A stretch of DNA of 64,000 nt from Trichosphaerium sp. ATCC 40318. Lineage: Eukaryota > Protista > Tubulinea. The notes below the pieces were generated by a model. It saw only the letters and a list, made by a program, of their open reading frames with translations, searched no databases and was not told where the DNA came from. The stretch spans positions 62,001 through 126,000 of the forward strand of contig JALMLS010000538.1 in the NCBI GenBank assembly GCA_038496445.1. Reading direction: 5' to 3'. Every line of letters begins with the position of its first letter. Position 1 is the stretch's first letter. This document shows positions 52,801-64,000 of this stretch, piece by piece. Made by a program: the position numbers and the translations under genes.

Positions 52801-54140
52801 TTGAACTTAATGTCCTTTAAAGATTAACTTTTTTTTTAGAATATTGGTGTTGGCTATGGTTTTGTGTTTGGTGTCATTATAACTTTAATATTGGGACCTT
52901 TCGGTTGGTTATTTGGTTCTATTGGTGTAGCACCTTTATTTGTACTGTTATATTTATTCTCACCTTCTCAAATTGCTTCACAACTGAATCCTACACAGTA
53001 CGAAACAAGAGTGATTTTAACTATAAAAATCACCTCTACCTTTGTTTTGATGAGAACTCACATGACTTCCTAGTACACAAACAATAAAAACAAATCTATA
53101 CCAGGATATATACACATTCTATAGCTCTCCAGATATCATACAACGAGTCAGAGTGCTTAAAGGTAAGATCAAAATAGAACACTTTTTCTTAGACTTACAA
53201 AAGTTAACAAAGGAAATGAACGGTTTGTTCAAGTTGACACTTGGCTTCATAATACAAAACCAGGAGAATTAGTTTCAAGATGGAGTATAAAAGACTCTTC
53301 TTTAAGTAATGGTAACACATTTAATCACAATGGCTTGTTTGAGGTGAGAATAGAGAGGAAGCATAGACTATAATATTTTCCTAACTATTTTACAAAGAAA
53401 CTTATCCCGCCTTACCAATACCTCAAGTTTGTACCAGGTAACTACCACCCACTGGTTTCTTATGTGAAGGTAATACCAATATTAATTGTGATACATGTCA
53501 CTATTATATTAACTTTATTTAGCTTGCTGGCTCTAGAGGCCACTTGGCGATAGTTGTTGATCAACCTATGGGAATGGGTTAGTTGGTTTTTTTTTGAAAT
53601 CAACAGTTATCTCCTTTAGATGATGTTGAGTTTATGCTTATATTATTACGTTTAGGTACACTTCCAAGAGGTGATATAGAGTTAATGATAGACCGTAATG
53701 TTACTTGTGATGATGAGAAAGGTATGGGCACAAAATGGCGTGAACAGGGACACTCAAGTGATAGTGAGCAAAACGATAGAGTTCATTTAAGATACTTTGT
53801 ATCCTGGATCCCTGAGCCTGCTGATAAAGATGTAATTCTACAGAAATCTATGCAAGCTCGTCATAGATTACACGCAACAAGTCTAAGCGGGCCGCCACTT
53901 GTAACAACAAGGTTTCAAGGTCTCAAAAAGTCATTTCCGCTCGGACGTGAAGTCAGTTTTTCAGTTGATAAAGAAGCAGATTCCGTTTCTCTTCAGTGTA
54001 TTAATGGTCACTATAATAATACCTTACAAGGGTGCGGTATTGACCAAAGTTATTTGAAATATAACGATAATGTAATAAAGAAAAAAAAAGGATATGGATG
54101 GGATAGCAGGATAGAAACGTACTTTGTAAAAAGAAAATAA
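49876..54140 (+). CDS. GH38 alpha-mannosidase (type II anchor) with internal multi-pass TM insertion
   Basis: VVPHSHVDHGWL, FEFVGGGWIQHDE, QHDTFGHS, GDFMPY..FWTGFYS..P, HHDTITGTS, FYNSLAQ.R, SGPYLFR, GNYHP and IELMIDR..DDEKGMG. Confidence 0.92.
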
Positions 54141-54411
54141 AAAAAAAGAGGAAAGTTCTAAAAGTAAAAAGTATTTTGAAATGTCAACAACATTCCATGA
54201 CAATAAAGACTAGCTCGACATGTCCACTTTCAAAGCTCCATTTTGCTATTGTAGTGGTTCTAGCACTTGAAGCTTTTTGTTTGGTACTTGTGGCCTACGT
54301 AAGCTTTTACAATAAAGAAGAAGTTTTAGTCATTGCACAAAAAGCCAAACCGGCATTAACTGTCAAATAGTAATGGATGTTTGTTTTTATTGTTTTGTGG
54401 ATTGTATGCTA

Positions 54412-56767
54412 TCATAGTGTCATATGACTTGATTTAAGCGTTAATACAAGCGTTGAAATTATTAATATCCAAGTATATGTAGTGAGTAGTAATGAAGATC
54501 CACAAGTCTCATCAGATTTTCTTTGAAACATGAATAAAGTTGTATATCTTGCAAACTCAATTTTCTCAGTCCTTGTCACTTCTGTGCATGCAGGAGCATC
54601 TGTAGAGAATGCTACTTCATCACATGCATCGTCAAGTAGAATTTTAACACTTGAAGACTATAATAAACAATAAGTGGATCAGCCGGGATCTAAACGTGAA
54701 AATCACGTGTTTTCAACAAAATTCAGCAAAATCTGTTTCCAAAAAAAAAAAGAATTTTTTTCAAAACTTACGTTTTGTGCAAGCTTTAACACAACATCAG
54801 TTCCATTAATACAACCTCCAATATCAAGGATTGAATCACCACTTCCCACTTTAATACTATTATCAGCAGTATCTACATTCAAATCGCCTGAACAAAAGGA
54901 ATAAATAAAAAAGAAAAAAAAAGAAAAAGAAAAGGCTATGTTCGTGTTAGTGTTCAAGTAACGGTAACTACGGAGAAATACAAAGAACAAGCGTAACATA
55001 CCTTCCACTCTGTTACTTCCCTGTAAGGTAAAAGTACCATCGATCGTGTTTGTCACTAAGGTGACACTCGTAGGGGTATTTGGTTGTGGTGTAGGATTAT
55101 TTGTTGTTGGAGTAGGCGTTGGTGGGGGAGCTAGTGTTGCTGGAGTCAACGTTGTTGGAGGAAGGGTCGTTGGAGGAACAGAAGTTGGGATGGCAGTTGG
55201 ATTAGATGGTGTTGGAATTTCAAACTCACAAAAAGTAGAAAAATTTCCAGAATTAACTCCTGATGAAGCACAATTATAGTCCGACCACTTACCGCTAGTA
55301 GACCTATTCCATAACATTAAGCGTTTGAACAAATTCGAGAACAAGGAAAAAAAGCAAGAGTCCTTGCACTGGTTTTTTCAAACTTCTTTTTTGATTCTGC
55401 ATACCTTAACATTGTACATCGTTCATTTACGTTTGAAGGTTCATTAGTATTCCAAGGCTCAGCTCCCATAGTTAGGTTACTACCAAACACAAAGGGTTCG
55501 TTGTCTGGGCTTGTTCTCTATTGGTCGTAATGTAAGCAAGTAAGTTTTGTTGATAGCATGATTGTATTCAAAAAAAACCACACAGTGTTAGTCCATAATG
55601 TCAGTTTTAATTTAAAAGAAATGCTTAGTTACTATGCATTTCTCTGATGTTGGAAGCAAACGCTTAAAATGTTCACATTAAAACGAGAAAAAAGTGCTCT
55701 TGGTTGAAAAAACCGGAAAAATATGAGATAAGCTGTTCAAGTCCATGTGATAAATCTATTTTGAAACAAAATCAAGAAATAATATTGTACGTACCCAGTT
55801 GAATTCAGCAGTTGGTTCAAACTGTGTTAGGCCAATAACAAGCCAATCACCAAAACCATCAGTGGTAATATTGACTATAGCAGCATTCTCTTCAGCAGAT
55901 GTTATAACAGCAACATATCCTCCTCGACGACGACACTCTAGCTCTGATCTGACTAACCCAGGCTCTTCAACAACAAAAGTAGAGTAACAATGACCTATAC
56001 GAAAATACTAAGAAACACTCAAACAGAGCAGAAACAGAAACAGAAACAAGGAAAAAAACCAAAAATATGCCATACCATTGTAAACTCCTGTTGTATCAGC
56101 ACCTCCTGTACAGTTATAAGAAGTTTGAATACACGAATCTAAAACAGTTGCGTCTGTGCTCGACTCACAAACAAAGTGAGTGACGTTTGTACAGTCATTG
56201 TCGAAGATACGCTACAAAGATAAATTTAGCAAACAAAAAAAAAAGGTACAAAACCCAAAGACTCCAATAAGCAAAAACATCAAACTGAGGTATTAACGTA
56301 CACCGTTACGGTATTCCGCACATGGAAATTCAGGAAGTTCCCATTCCTTGTAGAGTGAATCAAGAATGGGCGATTGGTCATACCACAATGTAGCATTGAA
56401 CAAGGACATGCGTATAGGCTGAAAGTCACTTAATAATCGAAACAACTAAAATAGGGGTTCGTCTATCTTAAAAAAACGTACAGGAAAGCTTGCCATTGCT
56501 ATAGCTTCTTCAAAGTCAAGTATTCTCAAGTGTTCGTAACCTTTTAATGCAAGTTTCAGTATAAACAGCGACAATTTGTTTTAAGCAATGATTACCTCCT
56601 GTACAAGCGTTTTCCCAGCCTTGTGGGTATTCTACAGTTGAGTTTGCGTTGTCATGCAATTGATAGTTTACATTGTTGTAGCTACACGTTGATACTATAC
56701 CTCCAAGCACATTATTACTTACGTACAGCACAAATAGTATTTTAAATGCAACTATTTTAGAAAACAT
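54412..56767 (-). CDS. cell-surface C-type-lectin-domain protein with Pro/Thr stalk and C-terminal hydrophobic (GPI/TM-like) end
   Basis: Signal peptide; CTLD GHCY..ECRRRGGYVAVITSAEEN..WLVIGL..WNTNEPS..ERC..GKWSDYNC..FCE; a preceding degenerate CTLD (DNDCTNVTHFVCE); PT-rich linker; terminal hydrophobic stretch. Confidence 0.8.
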
Positions 56768-57027
56768 TTGCTCCAGAGGTGTTATACGCAATAATACAGT
56801 AAGAGGTTCTTAAAACAAGGTAGGGTACTGTTTTAGACACGCTTTTATCCTTATTTGTACAACAAGGCGAACTTAGATAAATTTCAGCGAAAAAGGGTTC
56901 AATTACCATAGACCACCTTTAATTATGACGTTACCCTTTTGTTGGATTTTTTTGGGAAGAGCTGACTTCCCAAAAGAAAAAAAAGAAGTTCAAGATCTTT
57001 AGGCGGTTATTAATATGTACTGGTACT

Positions 57028-59209
57028 TTATAGAGCTATTCCTCCGGTTACTTTAAAGGTCCAAGCGTCTTTACAAGGTAATACGTCAATAGTCAATTGA
57101 GGTACATCAATAACCTAACAAATCGAATTATAAGATGATAGAGAATGTTGTGCAACAACTAAAACCGCGTCTCAAACGTTCGAAAAAACTATTAAGTTCT
57201 TGTCAAAAATTAAGAAGTTCCCGAAAACTATTTCGGAACTTTCATTTTTACATGCTAAGTCTCGGTACGTCCTTAACAAAACATGGAAAAAAAAAGTTGA
57301 GAACGTAGCACAACGATTTTTTAACAAGACTCTAACCCGTGATAGTTTTTTAAAGTGCAACAACTTCGCGCAAAATACATTTTGAAAAAAAACTTTTCGA
57401 AATTTGAAAAAAAAAAAGAAAGTGAACGTACGAGTACTCCAGCAGGCGCTGATACGCTTACTTTTCCGTTGTAACCCAACATCTCAACAACTACAGATGA
57501 AATATCTTTCACTTTAATACCAGAGAGAATAAGTGTCTTTCCAGGCCATACAGTAGTCAAAGCGTAAACTGTAGATCCATTTTGAGTATAGTAAAGAGAA
57601 CCTTTAAGAATAGGGTCATCAGGGAATTGCCAAACTGTACTATCATAAATGGCTTCGCCATTAACATCTAACCAAGCACCCATTTCTTTAAGAATATGTT
57701 TTTGCATGTCATCAATACGTCTAAACAATTTTTTCCTTGTTAAGTTTTTTCGAAATATCGATCGTTTTATATTTCTAAATTATTCCTTCGTACCCGTCAT
57801 GTGTAGGACCAACATTGAGCTGTAAATGACCTCCATGAGAAACAGAATCAATTAATAGATGAATGAACACAGAAGGATCCGAGTATTCGTCAACTCTGGT
57901 TTGTTGTTAGAAGTAGTAATCCAAGAAAGGAAGAAAAAAAAAGGTACCTGTCATAGCCGAATGATCCACCCATACCGCGATGAGCTGTCCATGGATGCTT
58001 TGTAGAACCACCGGGTGGACATCCCTGGAATGCTGAATACTCACAAACATAGAATCCACCATGCTTCCCACGTGTCTCGTTTCCCCTTTATCTCATTAAA
58101 AAAAATCCTAAAGGAACAAAAAAACTCCGACAAAACCAACTACAAACATTGCTTACCAGCGATCATTTATAGCTACATAATCCTTAACAGGACTTTCATT
58201 AAACAGCCAAGCCAAGAAAGGCTAAAATAAACAATTAAAAAAAAAATCAAAAAAAAGAAAAATTGATGTGAGCAAAAACAAGCTTACCTTTGTACGCCAG
58301 AATTCACTACTACGCATCCATTCACCATCTGTATACAATACATCAGGTTTATAAGTTGATACAAGATCCTTTAGCTGAGGTAGCATCACTTCAGTAACGT
58401 ATGAGCTTGGATCTGGACCAATAAAGAGAGGATTGAACCACTCGAATAAACTGATAAACAATGTTACCTTTCAAGCCAATAAAAAAGATCACGTGTCATT
58501 TTACCTGTAGTAATAGCCCATGCGTAATCCTGCCTTCCTTACAGCCTTTGTAAGATCACCAAGAAGGTCTCTATGAGGACCAGTCTCCACTGCGTTCCAG
58601 TTCCATGATTGTGCGCTCTCCCACATGGTGTAGCCTTCGTGATGCTTTGAAGTCATTACTACAGCTTTAGCGCCGCTTTGTTTGAATAATGCTGCCCATT
58701 CTTAAGGATTTGGGTTAGAAAATGACACGCGTAATACAATAAAAGGTAAATAGAAAGCGACTGGGTACCATCAGGATCGAATAGTTCTGCTTTGAACATG
58801 TCGGCGAAATCTTGATATTTAAAATCAGCTCCATATGTACGTCTATGGAATGGTGCAACGTTGGAGTTGTTTGTTGTAAGGTAATTCCAGTACCTAACGT
58901 ATTTTGTTAATTTTGTAAACGTTAACCGCTTTTATTTGTATAATACCGCGTACCATTCAGCGTAGCATATGTGTTCACTTGATGCTGGACTACAATAACT
59001 TGGTACAGAATAAAGTCCCCCTGGAGAGTATTTAACCTTAAATTGCGCGTATTCAACGTACAATGCATAAAAATAGAGAACTTTGACTTATTCCACCATT
59101 CTGGGTTTGGCCTAGAGTCTAGAGACGGCCATGTCGGTTGGTACTGTGACAACACAACGCAAACGGCTGCTAAACATATGACAGCAATTAACGTGGCTTT
59201 AAACGCCAT
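57028..59209 (-). CDS. GH29 alpha-L-fucosidase (FUCA1-like, secreted/lysosomal)
   Basis: [78 protein letters not shown] and [13 protein letters not shown]. Confidence 0.95.
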
Positions 59210-59298
59210 TGTGGCTATTTTATACGTTCAAACTTATTCAACGGCTTGAACGTTACGCAGTGTATTTTCACTACATCACGCTGCAAACAGGTTTGACT

Positions 59299-60942
59299 TT
59301 ACTTAGATACAACTTCTGAGTTTGGCGTTTTGGCAGTTGATTCGTCTTTTGTGGCTTCTTCCACCTTTTCTTTGGCTTTAGTATCGTCTGTTGCTCCAGC
59401 GTCTGTGGCTTTCGTGTCTGTAGTGTCTTTTGTATCTGCACTGCTTTCTGTGGCACCGTCTTTAACTTCCTCAGACGCCTCTTGGCCATCAGTTAAAAGT
59501 TTGTCTTGACTCCACCTAGCTGTATTCTTCTTCCAATAAAATTCAGCAACCAACTCGTAGTGATCTGAAGGATGCTTCATATTTGGAATAGAGCGTGAAT
59601 TGTGAAGGGAGTGAGGAAGACTGTAGAATCTAATGATGTACGTAAGACCCTCACGTGATGTGAAGCGAAGGGACATACCGTTTAACTTCAAGATGTTTTG
59701 TACTATACCAAATATAGTCAAGAGTGCTTGCCACTGAAGCTGTATTGTATGTAGGCGCTTCAGATCCTGGTTTTCCATCTGCGTACACACTAGTAAGATC
59801 ATATTCATGTCTATACTTTGGTATATACTTCACAGACGCGTTGGTGCTTCAAGAAATATTAGTCAAACTTCAACCAATAAAAAAGGTTGAAGAAAAAAAA
59901 CGTACGAATACATCTTGTACAGTGGAGTATCTGTACCAGAATTAAAATCGCCACAAATAACAACAGGATCTTCTTTTGTTGCACCAGCATCTTTTAAATG
60001 GTTCAGTAGTACTGCAGCTTGCCGTGTTCGTATGTTATCAAAATGTCCATCACAGTTCGATTTCAAATGAGTTGCAGCAACATAAACGTTCGGTTTATGA
60101 GGTTCTATCACGTGATGTTAAAAATAAAACGTGAAATTATTTACAATCACATTGCGTAAACATAATACTAACGTACCATCATCATCAAAGGTAACTGATT
60201 CAAGCTGAAGTATCAAAACCATCTGAGGCCACCATTTTTTTTTCATGTCAAACCCTTCAAGTCTACCACTGCTCTCTGATACTAAACGGAATCTACAGAT
60301 ATTAAATAAGCTTATAATGTGTCTATGTGTATTGTTCTACGTGCTTGTCTCGTTTCCAGAAGATTGCTGTGCCGTCTCTCTTTGGTTTGCCTCTTTTCTT
60401 CCAACGTCCATTGTAGCCAAGTTTATCTTTGTTCGCAATTTAGTATTCAAAATATGAGAGTATCCACGCAGGTGTTGCGATACGTACTGAGGTGTTTCTT
60501 AAAGAAATCGTATTTATCAACTTCTTGAAGCGTAATTATGTCTGCTTTATGCCTTTTGAGCAACTTTATGATACGTGGGCCTCTGTTTGCGCGTCAGATA
60601 ACGTAATAAAGCACTACCTTCTCACCTAGTTCCCCAATGAATATTTTGCTACTAAAAGTTAGTCTCAAGCGTATTTTAGAGTGTTACATTGCTTGTCCAA
60701 TAGAATTGATGTGGTCTGGCAAAACAAACTGCCAGAGCATTTAATTGGCACACTTTAAATGATCCTTCGGTGTCTTCATACGTTTTTACAGGTGTTAAAC
60801 GCCTAGGACCTCCTTGCTTACGAACTGGAGCTGTGTCTGCGTTACGCTCAAGTACAACCACACGAGGTTGTGGTGCATCCTTACTATCGTCATTAGGATC
60901 TGTTATTTCTATTTCCTCTACAAATGGCTCTGAATCCTCCAT
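59299..60942 (-). CDS. EEP-superfamily phosphoesterase (CCR4/nocturnin/angel-like)
   Basis: VCQLNALA, ADIITLQEVD, VAATHLKS, VVICGDFNS, TLDYIWY and HPSDHYEL; acidic tail. Confidence 0.9.
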
Positions 60943-61216
60943 TATCACCAAAAAAAAATTTGAATGAAAAAACAATTGACAGCCAAAGTCTCACTACTCT
61001 TTACTCTCAATGATAAATCCTGTCGTCATAGGCACTACCGGGAGCTCTACTATTAACATACAACGACAGGCAGCATCATTTTTGACATGTTGATTGTGTA
61101 CACGCTCAAATCTGAAACGTTTCTTCCAAAGAAACCAAAAAAAGTTTTTACAACGAAAGTGAGCTAGAGGCAAAGTTTATGCACTAAAATACATGGCTAT
61201 ACGTTTTTAAGGCTGC

Positions 61217-61631
61217 TTAGTTCTTGTTTTCAGTTTTTGAATCAGGTACGTGAATAACGGCTGGACCTACATTGTCGCCTAGCGAAGTATAAGCTTGCAT
61301 ACCACACGGATTGATCAAACAATGTTTTTTGTTGTTTTTGTGCTCAAATTAGGCTGTATATGCGCGTTGTACCTGTGTCTTTGTTTACATTTGTATGGGA
61401 GCCATCACAGAGAGGAAACCTCTCAGATTTCCAACACCTACTGAATTCAGCACGATAAGAGCTTCAATAAGCTTACCTGCAAATAGCTACGATCTTGCCA
61501 GGTTTTAATTCCAGCTTCGCTCTACTTGGCCTCTGGTCCTTGTTTATAAGCGTACGGGTTGTTGTGCGCACTCTGACGCTTCTAGAGTGTGTGACAGGGC
61601 GAACAGCACGGCTGAAACGTAGTAGTGACAT
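61217..61631 (-). CDS. CISD: NEET / CDGSH [2Fe-2S] protein with mitochondrial presequence (3 exons; missed by ORF track)
   Basis: Spliced translation: [93 protein letters not shown]. Confidence 0.93.
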
Positions 61632-61695
61632 GGTTGTTTTCTTTCAACTTTGACGTGACTTTGACCACGCCAATTTACACTCTAGCAGATTCAAA
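61632..61695. promoter_or_regulatory. 64-bp bidirectional promoter between the NEET and eIF3k start codons
   Basis: Head-to-head ATGs at 61631 (-) and 61696 (+); contains TGACGTGAC. Confidence 0.55.
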
Positions 61696-62722
61696 ATGGC
61701 ATTAAACGGCGCCCAAGAGAAAGTTTTAGCTACACTCAACAAGAGTAGATACAGCCCAGAAATTATTGGCGACTTGGAGGCTCACATACAGCAACAAGCA
61801 GCTGAACAGTTTTACACATTTGAGGCAAACCATGCCCTCCTAAAATTGTACCAAATGTTTCCTGCTAAAGCGAACGCATCTACAATTGCCGTTATCCTCA
61901 CAAAAGCGCTAATGAACCTTCCCAACACTGATTTTATGCTTGGACTTTACATTATCTCCGATAAACTCGTATCCTGAACGTTTTGCGACGATTAATGAGA
62001 AAAAATCTTTATAATTTATCCTTAACGCTACAGCAAACCGATAGCAACATAGCTGCGCTCATCGATTTACACAACCTTCTAGAAAGTGCCAATTTCAAAG
62101 AGTTTTGGGCTAAACGCGCGTCAACTGAAGCCAGTGGTGTGATTGATGGTGTTAAAGGGTTTGATGACGCAATTAGAAGCTGTACGATTTTGTAATTTTA
62201 ATTTTTCACAAAATCTAACTACTGTCAGTTATTGTAAACGTACTCGCACGTACATACAAAACAGTACCTGTCCAAGCTATTTTAGATCAAACAAGTCTCC
62301 AGGTACATTAAATTACTAAACAACTCGTAAATACTCTCTGTCACTCATCTTGTGTTGTCAAAATGAGATTAGATGTCATCATGTTGACACTGAGCGTTTT
62401 AATAATTTTTGATTTACTATTTTTCTTTTTTTGACACTTTGACGCTTACTCTTTCTCTTAGAGAGATGCTCTTGAAGCTATGGCAAAAACAAATAGCTGG
62501 CAAATTGAAAGAGATGTTATTACATTCCCACAAGAAGTTACTGAACAAAACAAAGCGCCAGTCATCCCTCCTTTCGAGAGTACGTTTTATTCACTTTTAT
62601 TATTTTTCGAAATTTAACAATTGACTTGCATTCGTTTTCTTTGCTTTTTTGAACGTAGAAATATGGCAGTAGACCTCCAATATATTATTTTGGACTATAC
62701 TAGTCGTTATTCCTCCTTGTAA
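61696..62722 (+). CDS. EIF3K: eukaryotic translation initiation factor 3 subunit K
   Basis: RYSPEIIGDLEAHIQQQ..YTFEANHALLKLYQMFP..ILTKALMNLPNTDF, LLESANFKEFW and GFDDAIR..IVNVLARTY. Confidence 0.93.
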
Positions 62723-63030
62723 CGTCGAAAATAACCGAGAAAAATAATATATTCAAAAAATGATGAAATTACACGCTTACGTACAACCTTAGGCCTCGCT
62801 AAATTATTGGATATCCGTTAAAACAATATTAAAAGATCTCTTATGCAGCTTGTATCGCTTTTAAAAAAAGTTAACATTGTAAATTTTTTGATCGATACTC
62901 GTTGTGTCAAAACACTTGTGAATAAAGTGCTACTACGTAATATGAAGTGCCTTTTTAAACTGCCCTCTTTGATTACGAGGTCAGGTGGTTTTTAACCATT
63001 TTTGGAACCTATTCCTTAACTTCGCTCACA

Positions 63031-64000
63031 ATGCAACGAAAGATGAGTGTGACAAGCTTCCTAGTTGTGTTGATTCTAGTCGGAGCTGTTACAGCGTTAG
63101 ATAATGGTGTTGGTCGGTTACCGCCAATGGGTACGTTTTTTTTGAATTAACGACACCGCTTGTGTTGGTTAATGCATTAACGCGTAGCGTAATAGTTTTG
63201 TGAGTGCTAAGTTTGGTTTAGGTTGGAATACTTGGTACGCACGCTGTACTCAGCGAAGGAACGCTGTAAACGCGTTTCGTGGCGTTTTGACCGAAAAGTA
63301 AACTAGGCCTTTAACGTCCAACATTATAGGTGTACTGACGGTCCATGCTTTCGGGACTACTGTAATGACGCTGAGATTCGCTCAATTGCTGATACAATGG
63401 CTTCAAACGGGATGAAAGAACTGGGTTACGAATACGTAAACTTGGACGATTGTACGTCCCTTTCATGGTGTTAAAACCTTGGCTATTAATCTGATAAACA
63501 ATCTTAGGTTGGGCGCTGTAAGTTGCACAGTTTTTTCCAACAACCTCGTAAAGGTTGCTTTTGTTTGTTGCTCACAGCAATAAATAGTGAACGTGATGTC
63601 AAAGGAAATATTGTCGCTGATCCAGATCGTTTTCCACATGGCATGAAAGCAGTAGCTTCGTATGTACACTCCAAGGTACAAATATTTTTCTTCTTTAATT
63701 GTCACAAGCACGTGTACCTTTCTGTACCAACAGTTGTGCCACTTTTTTTTTCTTTTGCATCAATGTGGATACTTATTCTTTTCTTAACTTATCTTTACAG
63801 GGATTGAAGTTTGGTTTGTATACATGCGCTGGTCACTATACTTGTAGTTCAGGAGGTAGGCCACATCAAATTCCGGGAAGTTATGGTCACTACGCTGTAA
63901 GTATCAGAAATGTTTTGTGGTTTTTTTTGTTGTTTCCTCTGAACGCATTATACTAACTCTGCTCCTTTAGCAAGATGCTGAGAGTTATGCTAGTTGGGGT
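63031..64000 (+). CDS. GH27 alpha-galactosidase / alpha-N-acetylgalactosaminidase (5' part; runs off right edge)
   Basis: Signal peptide, then [54 protein letters not shown] and DAESYASWG. Confidence 0.95.

Noticed and set aside
54198-54370. Short single-TM ORF (MTIKTSST..FAIVVVLALEAFCLVLVAYVSFY) between the GH38 and lectin genes
   Set aside because: Could be a real micro-protein, but it is under 60 aa, has no homology cue and lies in probable 3' UTR space; insufficient support.
55046-55279. Gly/Val-rich plus-strand ORF (and the similar one at 19699-19905)
   Set aside because: Antisense reading of Pro/Thr-rich linkers.

Overview
AT-rich, very gene-dense eukaryotic DNA with many short GT-AG introns (mostly about 35-120 nt, donor often GTACG/GTAAG). 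It is probably a free-living protist; an amoebozoan origin is an inference only. The ORF track mostly shows single exons, so gene models were rebuilt by eye by joining exons, and boundaries are approximate. About 30 genes are supported: N4BP2-like P-loop kinase, ubiquitin-like-domain protein, Mu-class GST, amino-acid transporter, patatin phospholipase, alpha/beta hydrolase, PH protein, GH28, a beta-propeller surface protein, a rhomboid-like/MORN fusion, ZER1-like ARM protein, COG4-like protein, a coiled-coil/DIL protein, dual-specificity phosphatase, RCC1-repeat protein, DAG kinase, MARK/SNF1-type kinase, GH99, GH38, C-type lectin, GH29, CCR4/nocturnin-type EEP protein, a NEET (CDGSH) gene absent from the ORF track, eIF3k and a partial GH27. 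The most unusual observations are: (1) a GH38 alpha-mannosidase with a 4-helix transmembrane insert inside its C-terminal beta-domain; (2) an apparently catalytically dead, mitochondrially targeted rhomboid fused to MORN repeats; (3) four glycoside hydrolases plus a lectin within about 17.5 kb; (4) an inverted, doubly deleted relic of the 18.8-21.4 kb gene. No rRNA, tRNA, CRISPR or recognisable transposon was seen.
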